64,000 bases of DNA from Sulfurimonadaceae bacterium (GTDB lineage: Bacteria; Campylobacterota; Campylobacteria; Campylobacterales; Sulfurimonadaceae), in assembly GCA_041571435.1 (NCBI GenBank), contig JBFFUI010000005.1, forward strand, positions 1 to 64,000. The letters run 5' to 3'. The notes under the pieces were generated by a model, which made no database searches, was not told the DNA's origin, and was given only the letters and a program-made list of their open reading frames with translations. The position numbers and the translations under genes are program-made. This document shows positions 18,877 through 30,767 of the stretch, piece by piece (the stretch's first letter is position 1; each line of letters starts with the position of its first letter).

Positions 18877-19893
18877 ATGAAAAGAGATTGGTCTGTATTC
18901 CGAATCACAATTTTGCTTTATGCCATCGTTGTATTATTACCGTTGAACTATTACTTTGCCAATCGCTCGTTTGAGAGTATGCAGGGTGACGGTGTGACAA
19001 TGAAGCGTCTGGTCTACATCAATGGGACGATACAGCGTGCCATCGGTCTGGAAAATGTCGTACAGAGGCAAGCACTTATTGATGAGGTGGAACGTTCATT
19101 TAAAGCGATCGACCATGATTTTCTGCAAGCGGCAAGCAATGCACATTACGTGGCGTTGTTTCGTGCAAACGAGCAGTATAACACTGTGATCGAGGCATGG
19201 ATAAGCCTTAAGATGGCATTTGAAGAGAAGGACCTTGCCAAGCCACTTGGCGATAAATGCTGGAGAGAAGTCAACAGTTTCTCAAACACGGTCGAAGAGA
19301 TGCTCGCATATAAAAGCGAGAACATGCTTGACAAACTCTATCTCTCTCTGATATTTACGATGCTCGCAGTTATAGCCTTGGTGTTTTTCATCCGGCTCTA
19401 TATTCGCATCCAGATCAAAAAACATGCGATCCACGATCACCTGACCGGGCTTTATAATAAAAAATATTATAACGAGGCGCTGCAAAAAGCCAAATTGCTT
19501 GCAACACGCCAGGGAAGCCCTCTTTCGTTATTGGTCGTATCGTTTGACATGTATGATGAGATCAGCAAAAGCGTCGATAAGAAACAGTTTGAGGCATTTT
19601 TAATTGAGTTCAGCAATCAGTTTCGCGAATTCTTCAGGCAGAGTGACACGATCTGTCGGATCGAGGATAACTGTTTTGTTGCGATTACGCCTGATGCCAA
19701 TATGGAAAATGAAGAGAAGCTGGCGCTTCGTTTGGAAAAACAGCTGAATATACATCAATTTGATCTTAGAACAGCTGTTGAACTGCGTATCGGCGTTGCC
19801 AGCTATCACAAAGACAGTGGGATGCCGATTTTGGAAGAGGCGCAGGAAGTGATGAAACGAAATACCCCTGTCCGCATTGGTGGTCTATTATGA
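18877..19893 (+). CDS. membrane-anchored degenerate GGDEF-domain protein
   Basis: Two TMs flanking a periplasmic helical region; DHLTGLYN; RQSD-TIC-R-I-EDNCF in place of RxxD-xxx-R-x-GGDEF. Confidence 0.85.
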   Translation: MKRDWSVFRITILLYAIVVLLPLNYYFANRSFESMQGDGVTMKRLVYINGTIQRAIGLENVVQRQALIDEVERSFKAIDHDFLQAASNAHYVALFRANEQYNTVIEAWISLKMAFEEKDLAKPLGDKCWREVNSFSNTVEEMLAYKSENMLDKLYLSLIFTMLAVIALVFFIRLYIRIQIKKHAIHDHLTGLYNKKYYNEALQKAKLLATRQGSPLSLLVVSFDMYDEISKSVDKKQFEAFLIEFSNQFREFFRQSDTICRIEDNCFVAITPDANMENEEKLALRLEKQLNIHQFDLRTAVELRIGVASYHKDSGMPILEEAQEVMKRNTPVRIGGLL

Positions 19894-20315
19894 AACGGAG
19901 TGCTTTCACAATTATAGAATTGATTTTTGTAATTTTTATTGTAGGTATTTTAGCGGCAATCGCAGTTGTAAAAATGGGCGGTATGTCTGATCGGGCCAGA
20001 GAAGTACAGCTTAAAGCTTTTGTTGGTACATTAAACCGAACGTCTGGAGCCGGTTTCTGGTTCCGCTCGATGGAAGACGGCTATGAGGGCAATGTCTCCA
20101 ACCCTGCCTATGACTTGGTTATAGACCAATATATTGAGATTTTGCCGGACTATTCTACGGGACCGTCTTTGATCAATTGTAACGCAGCAGGCGATGGTGT
20201 GTTTTTAACTTACCCTTTAGCGTTTGTTTATGAGATACACTGCAAAAACGGGACAAAGTTCGAACCCCCAAGATTTAGGCTCTACAATGTGGATAAAAGC
20301 ATATATATAGACTAA
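19890..20315 (+). CDS. type IV pilin-like protein
   Basis: KRSA|FTIIELIFVIFIVGILAAIA; shares AF.GTLNRT.G...W with the pilin at 15692. Confidence 0.87.
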   Translation: MKRSAFTIIELIFVIFIVGILAAIAVVKMGGMSDRAREVQLKAFVGTLNRTSGAGFWFRSMEDGYEGNVSNPAYDLVIDQYIEILPDYSTGPSLINCNAAGDGVFLTYPLAFVYEIHCKNGTKFEPPRFRLYNVDKSIYID

Positions 20316-20401
20316 GATTTTAGAGGAGTATTAGCTCTTTTCTCTCAACTCTCTCTAACGCACTTCACGTTAAAATCCTTTTACCAGAGGAACTATAATC
20401 T

Positions 20402-21471
20402 ATGATTGAACGAGTAAAGACTAAAAAGATTTATGTCGGTGATGTTGCCGTTGGCGGAGATGCCCCTATCTCGGTGCAGTCAATGACCTATTCGCAGACA
20501 CATAATGTCGAAGAGACAGTGGCGCAGATCAACCGTCTTCATTTTGCCGGCTGTGATATCGTTCGTGTTGCCGTACCCGATATGGAAGATGCCCTGGCGC
20601 TAAAAAGCATTAAAGAGCGGATCTCGCTGCCGCTTGTCGCGGACATCCATTTTAACTACAAATTGGCACTTGTTGCAGCGGAGGTGGTGGACTGTATTCG
20701 TATCAACCCAGGCAATATCGGCGAACAGTCGCGCGTCAAAGACATTGTCAAAGCATGTCAAGAACGCAATATTCCTATCCGGATAGGGGTCAATGCCGGT
20801 TCGTTGGAGAAGCAGTTTGAGAACAGGTATGGTCAGACGGCAGAGGGGATGGTCGCCTCGGCCGAGTACAATATCAAGTTTCTCGAAGACCTTGGCTTCA
20901 GTGACATCAAGGTCTCTTTGAAAGCGTCGGATGTACAGCGTACGGTTGATGCCTACAGGATGCTGCGTCCTAAAAACGACTACCCTTTCCATCTGGGCGT
21001 TACCGAAGCCGGGACCATCTTTCATGCAACGATAAAAAGTTCAATCGGGCTTGGAGCGCTGCTGCTTGACGGTATCGGCGATACGTTGCGTGTTTCGATC
21101 ACGGGAGAACTGGAAGAGGAGATCAATGTCGGCCGCGCTATTTTAAAAGACAGCGGTGCCATGGCAGAAGGCCTGAACATCATCTCCTGTCCGACCTGCG
21201 GACGTATTGAAGCAGACCTTGTTAGTGCCGTCAGTGAGATCGAGGAACGTACAAAACACATCAAAACGCCGTTGAACGTCTCGGTGATGGGATGTGTGGT
21301 CAATGCCATCGGAGAAGCGGCCCATGCGGACGTTGCTATTGCCTACGGCAAAGGCAAAGGTTTGGTGATGGTTAAAGGCGAAATCGTTGCCAACCTTGAT
21401 GAAGGTGAGCTGGTTGAGCGGTTCGTGGCTGAGGTAGAGCAGATGGCTGAAAAAAATGAGAAGGAGAGCTA

Positions 21472-21472
<1 letters not shown>
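20402..21472 (+). CDS. ispG: (E)-4-hydroxy-3-methylbut-2-enyl-diphosphate synthase
   Basis: [30 protein letters not shown] and MGCVVN motifs. Confidence 0.98.
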
Positions 21473-22905
<1,433 letters not shown>

Positions 22906-22912
22906 ACGGACT

Positions 22913-22957
22913 AGCTTCAGGGTAGGTTTTCCTCTTGGCAGCAAAATGCCCGAGGCT
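22913..22957 (+). terminator. hairpin downstream of dnaB
   Basis: Imperfect inverted repeat AGCTTCAGGGTA ... TGCCCGAGGCT. Confidence 0.35.
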
Positions 22958-23060
22958 GACTATGCGGTAAACGTCCATTAAATCTAGCGCATGAAAAACC
23001 TTATATATCTAAATAAAACAAAATATGTTATAGTGTTCCACTCTTTTTGATTGGATTATT

Positions 23061-24323
23061 GTGCTATTAATCAAGCCGTCACTTCTATACGGGCGTGAAT
23101 ATTTTTATTTTATTCTCTTCTCTGCCGCACTGTTTCTTGTTTCGTTGTCGATCGAATTTTATCATTATACGCAACTGACACAGTTCGATGATGCCGTCAT
23201 TGAGGCAAAAGTAATAAAACACTATCAAAAGACAAAAGATGGCAAAAGGTATGCGGTCTTAAAACTCCGGACAGAGCATAGTGCACAGTTCTATATCACC
23301 TCAAAATTGCCGTTAAAAGAGCTTGTCGGACACCGCTCCAAAGTATGGATCAAGACAAAATATATCAGCTTTTATGACTACCTTAACGGCTTCGCCGCCA
23401 AAGGCCGTGTCATCTCCATATCTAGAGAGAAAGCAGCTGTTTTTGAACTGGGGCGTGTTTTGGATTCACGTCACGAGAACCGAGCTGTTGCACAGATATA
23501 CGGGGCGCTCTTCTTTGCACTTCCCCTCAGCAGCACGCTGCAAGAGCGTTTTTCTATGCTGGGTGTCTCGCATCTGCTGGCAATCAGCGGATTCCATCTT
23601 GGTGTATTAAGTTTTATTCTCTTCGCCCTGTTTCGTCTGCCCTACATGCAACTCCAGAAACGTTTTTTCCCCTACCGCCATCGCAACAGGGACCTTTTTA
23701 TTGCAGTGGCGATAACGTTAGGCGCCTATCTGATGTTCTTGGGCGATGTCGCGTCGCTGATGCGCGCGTATGCGATGTTGATCGTGGGTTATCTTATGTA
23801 TGACAGAGGGCTGAAGATCGTTTCGATGCAGACACTTTTTGTCTCCTTGGTACTTTTGCTCTCTCTCTGGCCAAGGCTGTTGTTCTCGATAGGCTTTTGG
23901 CTCTCCGTCACCGGGGTCTATTTTATCTTTTTGTATCTGCGCTACTTTAATGGCTGGTCAAAGTATGTCACGTTTGCGGTGCTGCCGGTCTGGGTCTATT
24001 TGGCGATGAGTCCGGTCGCTCTGGTTTTGTTCGGAAACTACAGTCTCTACCATCCACTCTCAATTATCTGGAGCACCTTGTTTACGCTGTTCTATCCTTT
24101 GGCACTTTTTTTGCATCTGGTGGGGTACGGGGAGAGAATGGATTCGATACTCATCACGTTTTTGACTTATGGGATTGAGGGGAGACATTTTGCACTCTCG
24201 CCGTACTGGCTGATACCCTACGGCTTTTTGGCCCTGGGGGCACTTTATCATAAGAGGATATTCTTACTGCTGCTTTTTGTAGTGTTTGGAATATCCGTAG
24301 CTGCGGTTTATCAGGTAGCATAG
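23061..24323 (+). CDS. comEC: ComEC/Rec2 competence protein (no C-terminal beta-lactamase-like domain)
   Basis: GVSHLLAISGFHLG competence-domain motif, SLMRA, SIGFWLS. Confidence 0.9.
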   Translation: MLLIKPSLLYGREYFYFILFSAALFLVSLSIEFYHYTQLTQFDDAVIEAKVIKHYQKTKDGKRYAVLKLRTEHSAQFYITSKLPLKELVGHRSKVWIKTKYISFYDYLNGFAAKGRVISISREKAAVFELGRVLDSRHENRAVAQIYGALFFALPLSSTLQERFSMLGVSHLLAISGFHLGVLSFILFALFRLPYMQLQKRFFPYRHRNRDLFIAVAITLGAYLMFLGDVASLMRAYAMLIVGYLMYDRGLKIVSMQTLFVSLVLLLSLWPRLLFSIGFWLSVTGVYFIFLYLRYFNGWSKYVTFAVLPVWVYLAMSPVALVLFGNYSLYHPLSIIWSTLFTLFYPLALFLHLVGYGERMDSILITFLTYGIEGRHFALSPYWLIPYGFLALGALYHKRIFLLLLFVVFGISVAAVYQVA

Positions 24324-25106
24324 ACGCAGGCCGTAGACAAAGATGATCCAGGAGAGATAGACCCAAGTCAGTGCGAAGATCGTGACGGCAAACGGTCCAT
24401 AGATCGTACTTGTCGCTTTGGCAAAGAAGATGTAATGTACAAAGACGGCTTTGGAACTGCTCCAGATCAGCATCGAGATAAAGGAACTTATCGCGGCCGA
24501 TTTGTAATAGACATAGACATTGGGTGCGATCTTGTAGATCAGGAAAAAGAGCGTCCACTCGATGATATACGGAAGCAGTGTTGAGACTTCGACAACGTTA
24601 TTGTCCGTAAAAGAGTGGATGAACTGGTTGATCGAACTGGTCAGATAAAACGAGACGAGCAACCCGATCGGCACAAGAAAGACAAGTACAAGATAGGTGG
24701 CCATCGTTTTGAGGTAACTGTGGTCTTTGGCTTTGAAAATAGTGTTGACCACATAGGAGAAGTTGATGAAAAAGAGCAGGGAGATGAATAGCGTCACAGA
24801 GAGACTGATCATCCCCAGTTGCGCTGAATTTGCGATGAAGGTGTCGATATACGTTGTGATCGCCTCCGTTTGCCCCGGAAGCAGGTGTTCGATCATAAAG
24901 GCTTTAAGTTCGTTATAGTGCTCTTCAAAACGTTCAAGTCGTGGAATCAATGAGAAGACGATAACAAGCAGAGGAACAATCGTTGAGATGGTATAAAAAC
25001 TAAGACTGGCAGCATAATAGGTCAACTCATCATCAAAAAGTTTCTTGATGAAAAAACGGGTGTGCCGATAATAGTGATTGCGTTTGATACTCTGACTTAG
25101 TTGCAT
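24264..25106 (-). CDS. YihY/virulence factor BrkB family membrane protein
   Basis: AASLSFYT...VP start and YG.FA...LTWVYLSW..F.YG motif. Confidence 0.88.
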   Translation of the reverse strand: MQLSQSIKRNHYYRHTRFFIKKLFDDELTYYAASLSFYTISTIVPLLVIVFSLIPRLERFEEHYNELKAFMIEHLLPGQTEAITTYIDTFIANSAQLGMISLSVTLFISLLFFINFSYVVNTIFKAKDHSYLKTMATYLVLVFLVPIGLLVSFYLTSSINQFIHSFTDNNVVEVSTLLPYIIEWTLFFLIYKIAPNVYVYYKSAAISSFISMLIWSSSKAVFVHYIFFAKATSTIYGPFAVTIFALTWVYLSWIIFVYGLRLCYLINRSYGYSKHYKKQQ

Positions 25107-25230
25107 GAGTTATTGTAGCACAATTCGTGTTGCGGCTTCTCTGGTTGCAGAGATCAACGTATCCAAAAGATCGGACTGTTGTTTGGGTGTGCTCGCTGCC
25201 TCCAAAACAGGTATGTGCCGGGTGAGGGGC

Positions 25231-26616
25231 TTAGTCAAGCCCCATTTTGTTCGGGTTTAGGATGTTATTGGGATCAAACGCTTTTTTTATGGTCTTGAAA
25301 AGGTTCATCTCTTCATCCGTAAACGCCATATGCATGTAAGGCGCTTTCGCCAGACCGATACCGTGTTCACCGCTTAGTGTACCACCCAGATCGATCGTTG
25401 CCTGAAAGACCTCTTCGATGGCTTTGTAGCCGATCTCCACCTGTTCAGGATCGCTTCCGTCTACCATCACATTGGTATGAACATTTCCGTCACCGGTGTG
25501 GCCGAAGCATGGGATGTTGATCTTGTACTTTTCTGCGATCTTATTAAACTCTTTAAGCAGTTGCGGAAGAACGGCACGCGGAACAGTGACATCTTCGTTG
25601 ATCTTTTTGCTGCCGTAGATGGAGAGGGATTGTGATGCCCGTCTCCGCGCAAACCAGAGGTCAGCTGCCTCTTCTTCATTTTTTGCAATAACAAAGTCAT
25701 TACAACCGTTCTCTCTGAAGACCTTCTCTATCTGGGCGAGTTGAAAGTCAAGATCACTCTCAAGGTTACCGTCCACGTCGGTGACCAGAATCGCGCCAGC
25801 GTCAACCGGAAGACCTTTATTGTAGGTCTGTTCGACGGCACGGATAGTCTTGTTGTCCAAAAATTCCATGGCCACCGGTGTAACACCCGAGGCCATGGTC
25901 TTATAGACCGCCTCCATAGCCGAATTTACAGTGTCAAAGATACCCATTGCCGTCTTGGTCATCTTGGGTTTCGAGAGCAGTTTAAGTGTGACTTCGGTCG
26001 TGACGGCAAGTGTCCCTTCCGAAGCGATCAGGATACCGGCGATGTTGTAGCCTGCGACATCTTTGATGGTCCGTTTACCGGCTTTGATGATATCACCGTT
26101 GGGCAGGACGGCACGAATGGCCATGACATAATCTTTGGTAATGCCGTATTTGGCGGCACGCATCCCGCCGGCATTTTCGTTGACATTGCCGCCAATGGTC
26201 GAGTAGTTCTGGCTTGCCGGATCCGGCGGATAGAATAGGCCGACCTCCTCGACCGCTTTTTGGAGGTCCATGTTGATGACACCCGGCTGGACTATGGCGA
26301 CCATGTTCTCCATGTCGATCTCAAGGATTTTGTTCATATGTTTTTCAAACGCGAGAACAATGCCCCCCTTGCTTGGAAGCGCACCTCCGGTAAATCCTGA
26401 ACCTGCTCCGCGGGGAACGATGACAATGCCATGTTCATTACAGTACTTCAGTATGGCGCTGACATCCTCTTCGTTTCTGGGAAAGAGAACGGCGTCAGGT
26501 TCAAAGTGTGCGCGTGTTGCATCATAGGAATAGGCAATTAAGTGCGCTTTGTCACTGTAGACATTTTCTTTATCCAGCAGTTTCTCAAAAAAGTAAATAT
26601 GCGAATGGTCTAACAT
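25231..26616 (-). CDS. glcD: FAD-linked oxidase, glycolate oxidase subunit GlcD-like
   Basis: PRGAGSGFTGG, YPPDPAS, AGGMRAAKYG, SEGTL, GHTGDGNVH and SGEHGIG motifs. Confidence 0.9.
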   Translation of the reverse strand: MLDHSHIYFFEKLLDKENVYSDKAHLIAYSYDATRAHFEPDAVLFPRNEEDVSAILKYCNEHGIVIVPRGAGSGFTGGALPSKGGIVLAFEKHMNKILEIDMENMVAIVQPGVINMDLQKAVEEVGLFYPPDPASQNYSTIGGNVNENAGGMRAAKYGITKDYVMAIRAVLPNGDIIKAGKRTIKDVAGYNIAGILIASEGTLAVTTEVTLKLLSKPKMTKTAMGIFDTVNSAMEAVYKTMASGVTPVAMEFLDNKTIRAVEQTYNKGLPVDAGAILVTDVDGNLESDLDFQLAQIEKVFRENGCNDFVIAKNEEEAADLWFARRRASQSLSIYGSKKINEDVTVPRAVLPQLLKEFNKIAEKYKINIPCFGHTGDGNVHTNVMVDGSDPEQVEIGYKAIEEVFQATIDLGGTLSGEHGIGLAKAPYMHMAFTDEEMNLFKTIKKAFDPNNILNPNKMGLD

Positions 26617-26618
26617 GG

Positions 26619-27425
26619 TTACTCCTCAATGTTAAATTTTTTGATCAGATCGTGCGCAGGCGTTTTCATTGCGTTGATATAGTCGTATAACATCTTTGAG
26701 TCGCTGTTATGCTCCACTAACAGCTCAAGATAGTGGGGAGCATACGCCTCCAAAGGACGACTGGCTTCTCCCCATACCCACCAGGAGGTGGCGATCTCTT
26801 CGACCCGGGAATAAAACGGAAGTTTGATGTTCTTGACCTCCAGTTCGACAGGCGTTAACTGGATAAGGTTAATTGTCTGGCAGTCCAATGTGAAGAGAGC
26901 ATTGTTGACATAGGTGTACAAAAGCCCTATTTCGGCCAGGGTACAATAACCAGAGATGTCATCTTCCAACGGTGTCGGATGTGCCTGGTACGAGAGATAG
27001 GTAGCAAAGTTGTCCGGGTGGACCCATTCAACACCGCGAATTTTCTTGGTGATGATGTGATAGGTCTCTTCATTTGGCGCAAGCAAAAGAGCACGTGAGT
27101 ACCCAAAAGCGAGAATGACTTCGTCACCAACTTCCGCTTGCCAGTTGCCATTTGGCAGAGAGTTCTGTTTCAGCCCCTCATATTCCGACAGGGCCAATGT
27201 GGCAACACCTGAAGCTTCATCATACGATTCGACAAAAGCGTCCGCAACGATGACACTGTGCTCATTTGTAAAATGGCGGACAACAAAACCATGGACACCT
27301 TTAGCGATCGTTTTGACCTTAACGGTCGCACTTTTGCCATCGTCGCTGACAGATTGAACGGGCATGTGAAGTTCAGCCGCATATATAAAGAGGGGGAAAA
27401 GAAAAAACAATAGAAATTTTTGCAC
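26619..27425 (-). CDS. plasminogen-binding protein PgbA N-terminal domain protein
   Basis: Signal peptide; LKQNSLP, Y.RALLLAPN, HPD.FA and PFYSRV motifs typical of the Campylobacterota PgbA_N family. Confidence 0.7.
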   Translation of the reverse strand: MQKFLLFFLFPLFIYAAELHMPVQSVSDDGKSATVKVKTIAKGVHGFVVRHFTNEHSVIVADAFVESYDEASGVATLALSEYEGLKQNSLPNGNWQAEVGDEVILAFGYSRALLLAPNEETYHIITKKIRGVEWVHPDNFATYLSYQAHPTPLEDDISGYCTLAEIGLLYTYVNNALFTLDCQTINLIQLTPVELEVKNIKLPFYSRVEEIATSWWVWGEASRPLEAYAPHYLELLVEHNSDSKMLYDYINAMKTPAHDLIKKFNIEE

Positions 27426-27651
27426 AAACAGTCCTGATAATTTTATGTATCGGTGAATTATAGCCCAGTTTATCTTTGTCTAGACCAAGATGATCGAGCT
27501 ACAGAAAAAATTGAAAAACCATGCGGATAATCTTATGATAGTACCAAGAAAGGGGGAAGGTTAGCTCTTGGTAAGCAAAGTTTCGATACCCTTACAAAAA
27601 TCTAAGAACAGGGTCATAATCAAGCCCTGAAGAGTCTTGGAAAGGGTAGGT

Positions 27652-28869
27652 ATGCATCGTCTGTTTCTATTGATCTTGCTCCCTCTTGTTCTGAGCGCTT
27701 CGCGTGTAGAATATCTACGCTGGGAAAACGGGATGACCTATCTGAGTTTTCTGGCTAAAAATGACCTGCCGTCTCGTCCGCTCTACTGGAACCTTGACAG
27801 AGAAGACCGCATCATAACCGAAGAGATCTACAGCGGTGTCGGGTATCAGGTGCTGCGCGACGACAATAACATCATTGAGCAGGTACTGATCCCGATCTCT
27901 GACGAGCTTCAGCTTCATATCTACCAAGATAAAAATAAACACTACCTGTTCGAAGCGATCCCTGTTATCTACAAAACGCAACGTATCGCCTTTACAACAA
28001 CAGTGGAGAGCAACCCCTCTGCAGCTATCTACAATGCCACCCACTCCAAGCGGGCGATGAGCGCTTTTATCAGTGGTTTTAAAAAGTCGATCAACTTCGC
28101 ACTGCATGTTCAAAAAGGTGACCCTATCGTCATGATTTACGATCAGAAATACCGTTTTGGCAAGCCGTTCTCCATGCCGAGGCTTCAACTGGCAAAGATC
28201 CAGCTTAACGGCAAATGGCATGGTGTGTATCTGGGCCCAAATGAACGCTACTATGACGCCAAAGGCCGTGAAGTCGAAGGGTTCCTGCTGGGTAATCCTG
28301 TTATGGGTGCACGTATTAGTTCAGGTTTTACGCGACGCCGATGGCACCCGGTGCTGAAAAAGTACAGGGCGCATATGGGTATCGATTATGCGGCACGTAC
28401 GGGTACGTACATCAGGGCCGCAGGTGCAGGTACGGTCATCGAAATGCGTCGCAGCTCGAGTTATGGTAATTTGACCAAGATCCGTCACAGTGACGGGTAT
28501 ATGACGCTTTATGCCCATCAACAGAAGTTTCGCAAAGGGATGCGCCGCGGAAAACGTGTCAAAAAAGGTGAAGTGATCGGTTATGTAGGGACAACTGGGC
28601 TCTCTTCCGGACCGCATCTGCACTTTGGACTCTATAAAAACAACCGCCCTATCAATCCGCGCAGTGTGATCCAGGTCACCACCAAAAAGCTTGTTGGAAA
28701 ACTGAAACAGCAGTTTAACGATATTGTAAAACGGTATAATGAAGAAGCCGAGACGATCTTGGCAGAGAATCGAAGCGTTGATCCTGTCTGGGACTTTGGT
28801 TCTGTCTGTTATGTGATGCATGACAAGTTTGAAGAAGGAGGAGAGTGTAATGCAACAGTACGAGAATGA
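27652..28869 (+). CDS. M23 family peptidoglycan DD-endopeptidase (Csd3/MepM-like)
   Basis: HMGIDY (HxxxD), YAH and GPHLHF (HxH) motifs. Confidence 0.92.
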   Translation: MHRLFLLILLPLVLSASRVEYLRWENGMTYLSFLAKNDLPSRPLYWNLDREDRIITEEIYSGVGYQVLRDDNNIIEQVLIPISDELQLHIYQDKNKHYLFEAIPVIYKTQRIAFTTTVESNPSAAIYNATHSKRAMSAFISGFKKSINFALHVQKGDPIVMIYDQKYRFGKPFSMPRLQLAKIQLNGKWHGVYLGPNERYYDAKGREVEGFLLGNPVMGARISSGFTRRRWHPVLKKYRAHMGIDYAARTGTYIRAAGAGTVIEMRRSSSYGNLTKIRHSDGYMTLYAHQQKFRKGMRRGKRVKKGEVIGYVGTTGLSSGPHLHFGLYKNNRPINPRSVIQVTTKKLVGKLKQQFNDIVKRYNEEAETILAENRSVDPVWDFGSVCYVMHDKFEEGGECNATVRE

Positions 28870-30199
28870 GATGCAGCATGCACTGGAACTCTATTTAAAC
28901 GGCAAAGAAGAGTATGACCTTCACGCGAGTGAGGTTGCCTATCTTCTTAAAAAGATTCGTCGCGAGAGCAAGGAAGAGTTTTTCGATGCCCTCTCACGTA
29001 TCCCGCAAAGTGCACGTGGTGACGTTCTTCTTGAACTCACTGAAAAGCTAAAAGACGAGGCGATCAGCTTCTATTCGACCAAAGAACTGGCGGAAGCTAT
29101 TGAAGGGCTGGAGTCGGATGATGCAACGGACCTTGTCCAGGATATTGATGAGTTCGATGAAGAGAAGTCCGATGCTGTTATTGCCCAGCTTGACGATGAC
29201 GATCGTGAAGAGATCGAACACCTGCTCCATTATGAAGAGGATCAAGCCGGTGGCTGGATGCAGACCGAACTTTTTGATGCGACTTTGGATGAAAAGATCC
29301 AGAGTGCACGCGACCGCCTGAAGGAGATGAAGAGCACCGGAGAGCTTGAAAACGTCCATCAGGTCTTTATTATCAACGAAGAACGTCGTTTGATTGCGAC
29401 GATTCCGCTTGAGGATGTGATCCTTTTCGATTTTTCAAAGACATTTCGAGAGCAGATCGAATCCAGAGAGTTCCGTTCGGTCGAGGTTTCGGCCGATATC
29501 GAAGATGTTGCGTCAATGTTTGAGCAGTTTGACCTTTCGGTCTTGCCGGTTGTCGATCGTCAGGGTCATTTGGTCGGACGTATTACCTCCGATGACATCT
29601 ATGACGTCATCGAAGAACGTGCGACGGAACAGATCTATAACCTCGCGGGGGTTAACGATGATGTCGAACAGGAAGAGGACCTTCTGGCGATCTTTAAAAA
29701 ACGTGCTTCATGGCTCTTTATAAACCTACTTACGGCTATTTTGGCGTCGATCGTCATCGGGCTGTTCGATGCGACTCTGGCCGCCTTTGTATCGCTAGCA
29801 ATTTTGATGCCGATCGTCGCTTCTATGGGTGGCAATGCAGGTACACAGACGCTGACCGTAATGGTGCGTAAGATGGCGTTGGGTGACATTGATGTGGTGA
29901 ATGCCAAACAGGCGGTTGTCAAGGAGTTTTTCGTTGCACTGCTCAACGGTCTCATATTTGCTGTTTTGATGGGCACAGTCGCGTATGTATGGTTCGATAT
30001 CCCTCGACTTGGGTTGGTCATCGGTTTGGCAATGATCATCAATCTTTTGATCGCAGGCTCATTTGGCGCACTGATCCCTCTGTTGCTGAAACGTATGAAC
30101 ATCGATCCGGCCGTCGGTTCGACGGTGTTATTGACAACGGCAACAGACGTTTTTGGCTTTTTCAGTTTCCTCGGTCTTGCAACACTCATATTGCTCTAG
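28850..30199 (+). CDS. mgtE: magnesium transporter MgtE
   Basis: Acidic N-domain, CBS pair, MGGNAGTQ, DPA..S...TT.TDV.G motifs. Confidence 0.95.
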   Translation: MQQYENEMQHALELYLNGKEEYDLHASEVAYLLKKIRRESKEEFFDALSRIPQSARGDVLLELTEKLKDEAISFYSTKELAEAIEGLESDDATDLVQDIDEFDEEKSDAVIAQLDDDDREEIEHLLHYEEDQAGGWMQTELFDATLDEKIQSARDRLKEMKSTGELENVHQVFIINEERRLIATIPLEDVILFDFSKTFREQIESREFRSVEVSADIEDVASMFEQFDLSVLPVVDRQGHLVGRITSDDIYDVIEERATEQIYNLAGVNDDVEQEEDLLAIFKKRASWLFINLLTAILASIVIGLFDATLAAFVSLAILMPIVASMGGNAGTQTLTVMVRKMALGDIDVVNAKQAVVKEFFVALLNGLIFAVLMGTVAYVWFDIPRLGLVIGLAMIINLLIAGSFGALIPLLLKRMNIDPAVGSTVLLTTATDVFGFFSFLGLATLILL

Positions 30200-30388
30200 A
30201 TAACTGCCGCTCTGTATCAATCGACACTTCCAGCAGTTAGACCTTGCTATAACCTTTCCTGCGCTCTGCAATCCTTAACACTTTTAACTAAATGATCTTC
30301 TTGTCTGAGTCTTAAATACGGGGTGCTTATACTGTTCTAAGATGTGAAGCTGTCCCTGTGCTATATTGTTGTTATAGAAGGATAGAGA

Positions 30389-30742
30389 ATGAAACGATTA
30401 ATGGTACTGCTCGTTGTGTTGTTTGGATTGAATTCGGCACTGGTCGCGCGTAGTGACAATTATGATGCAATGGGATTCAAAGTTTATCTCAAGCACTGTA
30501 AAGAATGTCATGGCAATCCCTATAGAGGCGCGGCCATGCGAAAGAGCCGCGAATGGAAAAAACTTTTTGCCGATGATGCCAATAGATTGATCGCCCTGCA
30601 TAAAAATAGTCCGGAAAAAGATGCGGTGTCTGCCCTGATCAAACGCACGAGTAAGACGAAACACCTGCGAAAATTTTTGATGGAGAGTGCTTCTGACTCC
30701 GGAATAGTCACGAGTTGCGACGGAAATTTCTGCGGTCGGTAA
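30389..30742 (+). CDS. monoheme cytochrome c, paralog of 5370..5711
   Basis: Signal peptide, YLKHCKECHG..GAAM...EW, C-terminal ASDSG..TSC. Confidence 0.8.
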   Translation: MKRLMVLLVVLFGLNSALVARSDNYDAMGFKVYLKHCKECHGNPYRGAAMRKSREWKKLFADDANRLIALHKNSPEKDAVSALIKRTSKTKHLRKFLMESASDSGIVTSCDGNFCGR

Positions 30743-30767
30743 GCGTGCGTTTGGTTATAATCACGAT

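Noticed and set aside
22911-22960. SRP RNA-like start (GCTTCAGGGTAGG)
   Set aside because: Lacks the GNRA tetraloop followed by AGCAG in the correct geometry; better explained as a terminator-like hairpin.
24264-24323. 60-bp convergent overlap of comEC and yihY as a regulatory system
   Set aside because: Short 3' overlaps are frequent in this compact window (also 4943-4962, 31334-31337, 63079-63082), and nothing else supports a special role.
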